Positions 12,758-25,171 of a stretch of DNA of 64,000 nt are shown piece by piece. The notes under the pieces were generated by a model that did no database searches, had not been told where the DNA came from, and worked only from the letters and a program-made list of their open reading frames with translations. The stretch comes from Fimbriosthenelais zetlandica (taxonomy: Eukaryota): contig OZ365119.1 of the NCBI GenBank assembly GCA_977030845.1, positions 12,834,001 through 12,898,000 on the forward strand. The letters run 5' to 3'. Each line of letters starts with the position of its first letter. Positions within the stretch are counted from its first letter, which is position 1. The translations under genes were made by a program, and so were the position numbers.

Positions 12758-12828
12758 CTGCCGTTAGTCTAGAGGTAAGACGTTGAACTGTAACGTGAGC
12801 GACCGGGGTTCAATTCACCGTCGATTGG
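12758..12828 (+). other. tRNA-derived element (Tyr-like GTA loop), pseudo-tRNA/SINE head
   Basis: A box TAGTCTAGAGG, D stem GTCT/AGAC, loop CTGTAAC, B box GGTTCAATTC. Anticodon and acceptor stems do not pair. Confidence 0.7.
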
Positions 12829-13037
12829 AACATTTTTCTGCCCCATGGGTCGCTTTGCCTACACATTTATATGATGACAGTGAGCCTTTTTCTGCGACCT
12901 CACCGAGCACCCCTAGCGCCAGCTGTCCGACCAGGCGGGAACCAAGCTATGTTTGATGCTGCTATCTAAAAGATCCCCTCCCAAATGAACACTGCTCAGC
13001 TATATAATGTGTACTTATCCTGCAGCGAAAAGGGATT

Positions 13038-13107
13038 TACAAGACAGGGAATCGAACCCCGGTCTCTCACGTTACAGTCCAGCGTCTTACCTCTAGACTA
13101 CCTGGAT
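13038..13107 (-). other. tRNA-derived element (Tyr-like GTA loop), second copy, convergent with the first
   Basis: Minus strand TAGTCTAGAGGTAAGAC...CTGTAAC...CGGGGTTCGATTCCCTG. T arm intact; anticodon stem CTGGA/GTGAG unpaired. Confidence 0.7.
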
Positions 13108-13153
13108 CACATGTCTCTGTCTTGCAGATTCAATAAACACACTAAAGCTATTT

Positions 13154-14051
13154 TGGTCTCATGCTTCATTGCGCACCTGCCTTGGTCAGGCGCTCGCACA
13201 CTTCCGGCTCTCACGACTAGAATCAAGCTAAACATGAAATAGAGGAGGGTGTCATTTTCCGTCGGACAAGGACTTAAACAATCTGTGTCACGACTCCGAT
13301 TTCGAAATTCTTTAATATCTCGGCAACCACTGGGTCTTTTTAAGAAATTCAAAATGAAAAATCTTAGTTGGGACAATGTCTAGAGGGTGGTATAGGAAAT
13401 AAATACTGAAACTGCTTCTAAAAATTTCGATTTTCAAAATATAGCCAATTTCACAAGGTGTCCCGACTCCAGCTCCGTTTCCAATCCAAGGCTCCGATCT
13501 CAGCTGAAAATCCGGCACAGTGGCGCCCTCATGCACGTGGTGGATGAACGACGGCCTATATTATGACGATTGGCGCAGAGATATGATGTGGGAGAACGCT
13601 GAACTATGCTACTATAGCATTGATCTCTCTGGAAGGACCAAGCCAGCGCGACTGTAGCGCACCCGAGATTTGATGTGGGAGAACGCTGAACTATGCTACT
13701 TATCGGAGCCTTTGATTGGAAACGGGGCTGGAGTCGGGACAACTTGTGAAATTGGCTACATTTTGAAAATCGAAATTTTTAGAAGCAGTTTCAGCATTTA
13801 TTTCCTATACCACCCTCTAGACATTGTCCCAACTAAGATTTTTCATTTTGAATTTCTTAAAAAGACCCAGTGGTTGCCGAGATATTAAACATTTTCGAAA
13901 TCAGAGTCGTGACACAGATTGTTCACGTCCTTGTCCGACAGAAAATGACACCCTCCTCTATCTCATGTTTAGCTTGATTCCAGTCGTGGGAGCCGGAAGT
14001 GTGCGGGCGCCTGGCCTGGGTGACCTACCTGCGCAATGAAGCGTGAAACCA
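13154..14051. mobile_element. Foldback/long-TIR element: ~345-bp inverted arms around a ~205-bp spacer
   Basis: 13154-13498 is the reverse complement of 13703-14051 at high identity. The spacer holds two direct copies of GATGTGGGAGAACGCTGAACTATGCTACT. Confidence 0.7.
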
Positions 14052-15302
14052 TATAACTAATACAAACGCTCGAGGCGCGCATAATTACGGCCACTAGAGG
14101 AACTAAGTTCCATAGCGTTAACATTGGCTCTTGTTCCTACGCTTAGATACGTTTTGCAGTGGCTCCGATACAATTAGCCTGTTTTTCTGCACCTTTTCTG
14201 AATGTTTTGACCATAGACATAGATAACTCTCTATGTCTATGGATAACTCTCTATGTCTATGGATGGTCGGATTAGTGTGTTCTAGGATTTAGTCAGGAGC
14301 TGTTGTGAATTTTTGAATGTGTATTTTTTTTACACAATAATATACAAGGTAAGAGTGACTTGTTGATGTCTTATTTATAGAGACACGAGGCACACGTTGA
14401 TCTTTACACTTTAATGCTCTAATGTTGATATAATACAAAGCGGTATTGGTGTGAACCAGGTTGAACACTGTCCGGGGCTGACTTCTCATTGTGGAATGTC
14501 AATATGTTTGGTCAAAAGAGAAAACTTATTGAATTACTAAACACATCTCTAACTAAATCTCCATACGGTACAGAGAAATAGGAGCTTTAAGATAAAGTGA
14601 GAGTAAGCCCCAGGTTTTACTGTTAAGGTATAAATAAAACAGAGGACCAAGTCAGACATGGCCGCGGGCTCTGGTCTCGGTCCACAGCCAATTTAATTTA
14701 TAATAAATTCTAACCGTTCCCCTTCACTGTACATGACAAAACATCCGCACCATTTAGTCTTGGAAACCTGTTACCAGAACCCGGGGATATATTTGTTGGT
14801 CTTATATTGCTTAACAAAATGGATCAAGGTTCAAACTTGTTTACTTACAATTCAATAGATATACATAAAAGCAATATGATTATATATTGTACATTCCTTA
14901 CTAACACAATATCATAGATGATAACATTTTCATTTTTAGCCAGTCAGATGTACACGGAAGGATTAATAATAATAATGTGAGACAAATATAAATATTGAAT
15001 ACAAAATTAATTGTTTTCCGTTTGTCCACAGTAATAGAAATATTAGAGAGAGCAGGAACAGACTCTGCTCAGTGGAAAATGTAACATAGACAAATAATTA
15101 GCTACAATTCCTTGTTAAGTCGTTTGTTTATAGAACCAACATTTAAAAAAACCAACATTTATTCGTGTTGAGAGTGAATGACTCACCTCCAGCATCTTAA
15201 CACCTTCACACATTACCGACAAATAGAAGAAAAAATAACAAATTTCTATACAACTTGATGAATTCAGCATTTCTCTAAATAAACCTAATATTAACCCATT
15301 CC

Positions 15303-18300
15303 CTAAACGATCTCATACTTGTCGACGTAGAGCAGGACTTCCCGGGAGAATTTAACAGGCGTCTCATCCTCCAACTGTCGAACTTCTGCGATCTGTACAA
15401 ACAAGAAAAAACACATGTTTAAAAAGAGAAGTAAATAAGACAATTTGCGATTTGTGGAAGACCAGGATAATTTATGTTCCTCAATATTCTATGTTTCAGA
15501 TAACTCGTGCACTGTAATATTTCCCTCCGGAATGAGAATGTGAAAAATAAATAAATAAAATATTTTAATTTTATGTGAATCATTCTCTATTCAATCTTGT
15601 ATTGGTCCTATTCAGAATGTTCTATCACTTGTATAAGTTTTCTAATATAGTATCATATAATAGCGTACCTCGACTTCGCAGTAGGATTTTTTGGAAAGAA
15701 AGCTGAGAGAGACGGGGAAGAAGTCATCGGGGTGGCCATTGATGGTGAACTCTAGACTGCCAGTCTTGTTAGAGTGGTCGATGACGGGGAGCTTCCACTC
15801 TAACAGATTCTTACGATTATCATAGTGATAATCACCGTCACAATCACCCACCACCGGCGCTCCGACTCCAGACCTACAACACATCAAACTATTACTGACA
15901 ATAGTTACATAATCCAAGGGTCGGCAGTTCAATCCCCCGAACTGTACAAGGCATTCCCAATGTCTCCCTACTCAGGGTGTTGGTGTACATATGTTCTAGA
16001 GCACATGCACCTAGAAATATCCATTGCACAGAAGGCAATGTAGTAATACACATAGAAAGAGCCGCCAGCTGAAAATCATACGAGAAACTTGAGTAATCAA
16101 GAGTGTGAGCTGGTATTCACCCATAACAGGCTCTATAAAAATTCTAACTAAAAAAAAAAAAGAAAAAAAAAATTAACATGGCGTAATCATATGACTTGAC
16201 CATAAAGACACAGTGTAAGATTGTACATATAAACAGTGTAAGATTGTACATATAAACAGTGTAAGTTTGTACGTACGGCAGTGGGATGGTGATGAGGACG
16301 TCGGTTAGTTCTAACTCCACCTTCTCTAACTCATACTCTATGTTTACATCGCAACCTGAAGACGTCTCGTTAGGCCAGCAGTTGACTGAGATCAAACAAA
16401 TACAGTTAGACGTGAAAATACATCAAAATAAATACAGTTAGAATCTCTAGTGGGTTAGACGTGAAAAGAGGACAACCTATTTGGTGCCATCTCACTTAGA
16501 CAAATCAAAGAGGAACTAGATTAAATCATGATAATTAATCAGGGTGACCACTCAAATTTCATTTTGAAATTCCCTGTGTTTTCCCTGTGTTTTCCCTGTG
16601 CCATTATCGATTTTCCCTGTGATACTTTCCGCGATAAAGTAATGATTTGTACTTTGTTTCAGAGTAACTTTTCATGTAATCCAGCCCCTACACTAGTAAA
16701 AGATTTTCCCTGTGTTTTCCCTGTACCAGTTTTAAAAAATTCCCTGTGTTTTCCCTGTGTTTTGGCCATTTTACCAAATTCCCTGTGTTTTCCCTGCAGG
16801 GAATTTTTTTTTTTCATTTTCCCTGTTTTCCCTGTGGCGTGGACACCCTGATTAATGAACACGATTAAATCATGATAATTAATGAACTAGATTAAATCAT
16901 GATAATTAATGAACTAGATTAAATCATGATAATTAATCTTTAGGCAAATAACAAGAATATCATGAAATATAGATACATTTTCTCCATATTTTCGAAATTT
17001 AGATTAATTTAGGTTTATTTTAGTTAATATATCCTGAGATAGACAATAATTCTCCAATTTCTATTTTAGTAGACTATATTTTAGTTATTATAAAGTGAAT
17101 CTCACTAGATAGAGGGATGTACGACTCGTCCTGTGTTTGGAAGCGCCACCTCAGAATGCCGGCATCTTGGTTGAGAGGGAAAGGTTTGGATGGATTTTTT
17201 AAAGCCACCACAGACTGACCCAAAAACAGCTTCTTATCCACGTTAGGATGAGGCTTAAAAAGAGAAAAAAAGAGATTATTATTCCTGAAATTATTGGTAT
17301 TAATTCCGTGCGAATATTAAATTCTCAAAGTCCATAAACAGCCCATGAAGGGCCTTTAGATATATATCATTATTTATCATTTAGATGATGTACAGCGTTT
17401 AGAGCATAACGAATTTTAGGCTATACAAAATCAATTATGATTTAGATTTTGGGAGATTGTCTATTTGTGATTGAGGACTGTGATTCACTCTGACTATCTG
17501 TGATTGACTCTGACTGTCTGTTCTCCCTTGTTCGATGTATAAATATCCTAAATTAAAAAAAAAAAAAATAAAAAAAAATTGTCGGTCTTTAATGATTGAG
17601 TTTTGGCCAGGTAAACCTCCTACCTGTAATTGGATGCTCTTGTTGTCGCGGTCGGCGATATGAACCTTGACTTTACTGTGTTTGTCGTCGCTGATTCGCA
17701 GGGTGGCCATCCCGTGAATCTCAAAGTTCTCTAAACCACCATCCCGACCCGCCGTCAACGAGATCTTCTCCTCTACTCTGATGTGAACACTACAACGACA
17801 AGAATCACAGTCAGACACCAATCACAGACAGTCAGAGTCAATCACAGACAGTCAGACAAATAGACAACAATCACAGTCCTCAATCACAAATAGACAATCT
17901 CCCAATAACAAGAGAAATCAGAGAGGATAATATTAATTCTTAATTACGAATCTTTAGACAGCGAAGAAAATATTACGTAACAGAAATGAGTGGAGGAGGA
18001 TAAAGACTGAGACTGACCTCTCCTGGTTGATGGCGGGGGTGGAGGCTTTAGTTACAGCGCTAGGCTTGTTACTGCTTACACTGCTCGTAACGTCTGGACA
18101 AAATAATACATTAATTATAGCAGCNNNNNNNNNNNNNNNNNNNNNNNNNNNNNNNNNNNNNNNNNNNNNNNNNNNNNNNNNNNNNNNNNNNNNNNNNNNN
18201 NNNNNNNNNNNNNNNNNNNNNNNNNNNNNNNNNNNNNNNNNNNNNNNNNNNNNNNNNNNNNNNNNNNNNNNNNNNNNNNNNNNNNNNNNNNNNNNNNNNN

Positions 18301-20864
18301 NNNNNNNNNNNNNNNNNNNNNNNNNNNNNNNNNNNNNNNNNNNNNNNNNNNNTTCTGGTGAGGCATAAACTCTAAAATTCTGGATTAAAATGGATCATAA
18401 AATTATTATTATTCAGACAATATATTAATAGTTGTGGGTTGTGGTTTATAAACATTTTAAATGAGACATTATGATAATTAATGACACCCACGCTGGCCCT
18501 CTGATTTAAGCTGGTCAACGAACGACTCCACATCTTTCGTCTTTGAACCAAGTTTCATTGCACGACCGGTAGACGAAGGTTTGCTGCCAAATACAAATAA
18601 AATAATAAAATAATGACTGGGGGATAAATAATTTTAATAACAGGTGAGTTTCAGTAATGAGATATTTAATGAGATATTTAATGAGATGTAATGAGATATC
18701 TAATGAGATATTTAATGAGATATAATGAGATATTTAATGAGATATTTATTGAGCTAACTGACCTAGGCGGCTGGTAGGAGGGTTTAGAAGGCTCGGTAGG
18801 AGAACTGTCCATGAGAGGCGAGTCTTGTCGACCCATCCCTCCTCCTCCTATCCCCGCCATCCTCCCCTTCCCTCCTGTCCTCTGTCTCTGCTGCTGTAGT
18901 TCTTTAGCCATCCGCTTCATGTGTTCCTTGGCTTCCTTCTCTTGTGTCTGTAAAATGTACGAATAAATATCAATATAGCACCAAGTATATAGCGCTATAG
19001 CAATTATATCAATATAGCACCAAGTCTATATCTGGGGCTAGGCTGCGTGGGGGCTAGGCGTACTCTGTGGTTTGTTTTTTCATGGAAAATAAATAATGTG
19101 AACGGGCAAATGTCATATATTTATCAGGATTTTACATAGAAAGGCGTCAAAATTATTTTCTTTTTTTGGTTTTTTGAAGGATAAAATCAATTTCGGTCAA
19201 TGTAAATTAAAGCCACAGAAAAAAAATAGTTCCGGTCCGTTTTCCGTATGGAACTACAGACAGACAGACAGACAGACAGAGGGTGTAATAAGTGACTAAC
19301 CTGTCTGACCGCCTGGTAAACCTTCTCCTCGTGGGAATCCATCTCAGTGAATGTCCTGATCTGAGCTAGATTCACATTCTCCCTGTACCCGAGCGCTACG
19401 ATCTCATCAAAGGCGAAGATGAGAGGGAAGGCCTGGTCTATGATCTCTGATTCCTCCATCAACTTACAGTACTCAGGAACCTGGTATAATATTGAAAAGA
19501 TATATTAATTTATAAATTACACTTTAAATAAATGTTACAGTACTGTAAAGGATAATATAATATTTAAAAGATATATTAATTTGAAATTTAAACAATATGG
19601 ATAATTTTAATGAATAGTGATTTGTCGATATGTCAACATTATAATTAGACGCCACGGCCCATGACGTGATAAGGTTGTCAGTATATTACTGTAAGGGTAT
19701 ACGTAAAGTCGGTAAGGATTATTATTTCATGTGGTATGACATTATTTAGAGGATCATATTTAGAACAAAATTATTGAAGAGTTTACTTACAACTCTGGCA
19801 AAAAGACGTAGAGTTTCCAGGTCCTCGAGTATGTTGGAGGCTTTCGTGGTGATGAGCAGCACGTACAGCTTCTCTAGCGGCTGATAGACGTAACGTACAC
19901 TCTCAGTCTCCACAAACGTGTGCTGCTTGCCCGTGTTCATCAGTTTAGGGAAGGCTGCCAGCAGTCCCTCAATACGAGACCGTGTCATCTCAACAAACTG
20001 ACGGGAAATGATGGCTACAAAATAAAATAGAAATATAAGTAAAACCCACCTCAAGATTAAATAAAATTCCACCTATAGGCTACCCCCCCCCCCCCCCCCT
20101 ACCCCCGCTGTCCCATACCCTCTACCTGAACCCTTATATTATAATTATTTGATAAATTATGTAGGCCTAAGGAAATACGTGTGTCTTTCCTGAAAGCACT
20201 ACCTCAAGTGAGCTTGGATCAGCTCTCTTAGAATTAAACTGGACTAAATATATTGGATTAAACATCCGCTAGGGGCACGTACAACCAACACACGTATACA
20301 AATTATGTAGGCCTACATGTAATATTGTAACAATAGTCAATATGATCTGGGACTTAATTCCAGACCACACCTATTTATAAGATATACATTTGCTTACCTT
20401 TTCCTGCCTTGTTGCATACTGCTGCCGCCAGCAAAACCTGGAAATGAGGAACAAATATTATTAGATTATTACCGTAATTGTCCTCATAAATTTTGACAGT
20501 AAATTTAATTGCTGCGAATTAGAATTTAGGCCTAAACTAAAGTAAACATCAATATACCATACATAGATTGATTGATTCAACCATGAACCGACGACACACA
20601 CGTCAAACAGGGAAATGTCTTAGAAGGCCTACATTTACAACTTTACATTTCATGAATTAAGAATTTCTATTTTCTAATATCTAGATGTTTTTTGTTGACA
20701 GGTTTTTGACAGTCAGTACTGAGTACACACTAGTACTACAGTAAAACCGGTGACGTTGAACTTGTCTATTTTTCACCCAGTCGGCCTCTGTTTCCCCGGC
20801 TCTACAATGTTATCTCTTTGTAAAACCCACTCTAAACGCTACATATGATGTGCCTACTCACCAT
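15303..20864 (-). CDS. ARCN1: Coatomer subunit delta (archain 1), 505 aa, 12 coding exons
   Basis: Exons (minus): 20862-20864 (ATG|gtgag), 20398-20437, 19791-20014, 19301-19480, 18763-18947, 18492-18583, 18018-18093, 17624-17789, 17106-17253, 16277-16385, 15669-15873, 15303-15392. All GT-AG and phase-compatible, 1518 nt. The translation [39 protein letters not shown]...YVDKYEIV matches delta-COP as I remember it. Confidence 0.97.
15905..16172 (+). mobile_element. tRNA-derived SINE, family B, antisense in an ARCN1 intron
   Basis: B-box-like GTTCAATCCC, body shared with 31389, 37990 and 56171, ending TTCTAACT plus an A-rich tail. Confidence 0.8.
16540..16850. mobile_element. hAT-like MITE in an ARCN1 intron
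   Basis: TIRs CAGGGTGACCAC / GTGGACACCCTG (11/12), many internal TTTCCCTGTG repeats, flanked on both sides by ATTAAT, inserted into a 27-bp tandem repeat. Confidence 0.75.
18125..18352. other. Assembly gap (N) inside an ARCN1 intron
   Basis: N run. Flanking exons join in phase, so no coding exon appears to be missing. Confidence 0.99.
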
Positions 20865-21010
20865 TATGAAGGTTAATAGTGTTGAAGTAATCAAATAATG
20901 TTTGTAGAGTACGATTTTCACTAGTAATCCAAGATCATCACTGACTTCCAACTCACTCCTGCCAAGATGGCGGCGGCCACGTCAGTCTGGTGATATCACT
21001 CCGCGCGGGG
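20865..21010 (-). promoter_or_regulatory. ARCN1 5'UTR/promoter
   Basis: Upstream of the ATG exon; CpG-rich, with YY1-type CAAGATGGCGGC and CGCGCGGGGG. Confidence 0.6.
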
Positions 21011-22693
21011 GGAACTATATCATATTATCACTTCATTATGGTACAAAACAAAAGGACAGTCTGAGAAAAATATTTACCAAGATTCATTCATACCACAGCA
21101 GTAAAATAATAGTAGTTGGTGCCTTTTTCATTTAGTTTGCATGGAATGTATGGAGGCGTGATACGGGTGGCCCCAATACGGATATGACTCCGCATAGTTG
21201 TGAAAATGGTCTCCTTACTAGAAGAGTTCCACACAAAATAGGTCTGTATATTTAATCGTTTTAAATTGTATAGTAGAATCTTTGTTATTACATAATGATT
21301 GTTGCCTCTTTATAATTAAACACGTGAGTCATAGTTGATTAGTATAATCACCGCTTTCAGCGGCAAGACTGGGAACTAATGCGCTCCATGCTAAGTCAAT
21401 GGAGCGTCGATCGTAATTTTCAGATGGCGTTTGTAGATCTAGGAAAGCACCCAGATCAGCAAAAAACATAAACACATCGGTGGATTTTCATAAAGAATCT
21501 ATCGCATCCAAGAAAACAGAGCTACGCTGGCTGAAAACCTGGAAACAGCCGGTGAAGTTTGAAGCCGGTGTTGTGAGCGATAATAAAGGAATTAAAGGCT
21601 ACTTCCGGGGGTTTACTTCCGGTAGCCTACTGCTACCCCACCACCGGCAAAACTCGGAACTAAGCAAAATGCCGTAGTTCATCAGAAATCCGCAGTGAGG
21701 CGCCACTGAGGAGTCGTAGTTCACGAGAAATCCGCAGAGCGGCGCTACGGGCGCTGACCAATCACAGACTAGCTTAGATAGAACGACGGAAGTTGAGGCA
21801 CTCGCCTTTTACACCAATGAGAGCCCGGCTTTCATTATATTTAGCTTCCCAGGAAGAAAGTAAACAAAAGATGGCGGAGATAGTGTCAGTTGATGGCGAT
21901 GTTTTTCGGATTTCCACTGTTTATGCTCCTCCGTGTTGATTTCCAAATATCATGTCAATAAATACTCACTCATTAACCAATTTTGAAGAATACTAGTACA
22001 GGAATAGTCGGTGCCATGTGTATTATTAATAAATTTAGTCTAAGATCCGCCGGCATTTTCAGTTCACCTCCCGGCATTGTTTGCCTGTTTTTCACACCGT
22101 GTGATAGGCCTACACCGTAGATTCCAGACTGATTTGACGATATCAATGAATTGATTTTAGTGTGAGTATTGTTTGGTGACAGTGAAACATGCTGACATTT
22201 GTTATTTACTGAATAATTTGGCAATCCCTCCCGGCCCGCCGCTGGGCGATAATGGGTGCACTTCCCATAGGGTATAAGGCATATAACGAAGAAATGGATA
22301 GGATAGGCCTACTCTGTCTACTTTAGGACCGATTCTTTTACATTTGATATACGGATATTATAATTGGTTGAAAGAAGTATTATACATAGAGAAGACCGAC
22401 CAATCTGTTGCCGAATGTGTGCAATACTTATGATAAAACTGAAAAATAGGAACCACGGCGACAAATATTTAGGCCTACAAAATAGGAAAAACTTAGAAAT
22501 TATGTTTTTAACGTTCAGAATATTGTGGCCTGTTAATAGTTGGTGAATAAGAAGTTGATATCTAAATAAAAACAAAAACAGAGGTATATATTTTTTCCTG
22601 GACTGATGTTTATTGATAACTTTATTATCACATGTAGAATCTGACTCCAGGCATGGCAGACTTCACCAGCAGATGCAGCTCTGAATATCTACT

Positions 22694-24621
<1,928 letters not shown>

Positions 24622-25146
24622 TCAAAATATAACGAAATAAATGAGATAAAATGCAGAGTGAAACACGTGGACCACTTTTCACGTGGGTCCTGTCAAGTAG
24701 AGACATGCTGTCAATACGAGTCACAAACTGACACTTCGTTCAACATAGCTGTCACTACAGTTTAAATCCAAAATTGAGAGAAAATGATAGAGAATTTGTA
24801 TCCAATTGTTCTGAATCAAAACATATCATGTTTAGTCGGTTTAGTGTGGAAGTGACACCCCGCATTATGCGTGTCAAAATGAGAGTAGGAGACGGAACAT
24901 TATGTTAATTTTGCCCGGATCCATATCGGGAGCTGAAGGCAGCACTACGCGAGGCACACATGTCGGCAAAACAGGTCCAAATACTACACTTTCTACTCCA
25001 CCTACATCCAAAAATCCCCAGATACTGAGGCATAGTGACAAGGCAGTTCTCTGAGAGAGTGTTTGGAGAGGATACGATAACAGAATGGCTTTAAAACAGA
25101 ATATTGACAACAGGAAAAGAGGAGAATAAGGGAGCAGCCATCTTAC

Positions 25147-25171
25147 CTTGGTGGTTGAGTGGAAGAGAAAG
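25147..25171 (-). promoter_or_regulatory. UBA52: UBA52 non-coding exon 1 with 5'TOP/TCT initiator
   Basis: Minus strand CTTTCTCTTCCACTCAACCACCAAG|GTAAGA: a C-initiated pyrimidine tract plus consensus donor, typical of ribosomal-protein genes. The exon-2 acceptor lies immediately before the ATG. Confidence 0.8.

Noticed and set aside
12758-13107. Functional tRNA-Tyr(GTA) genes
   Set aside because: Anticodon stem (CTGGA/GTGAG) and acceptor stem do not pair; treated as tRNA-derived elements.
24640-24780. H/ACA snoRNA in UBA52 intron 1
   Set aside because: Short hairpins exist, but I found no convincing H box or terminal ACA, or two-hairpin layout.
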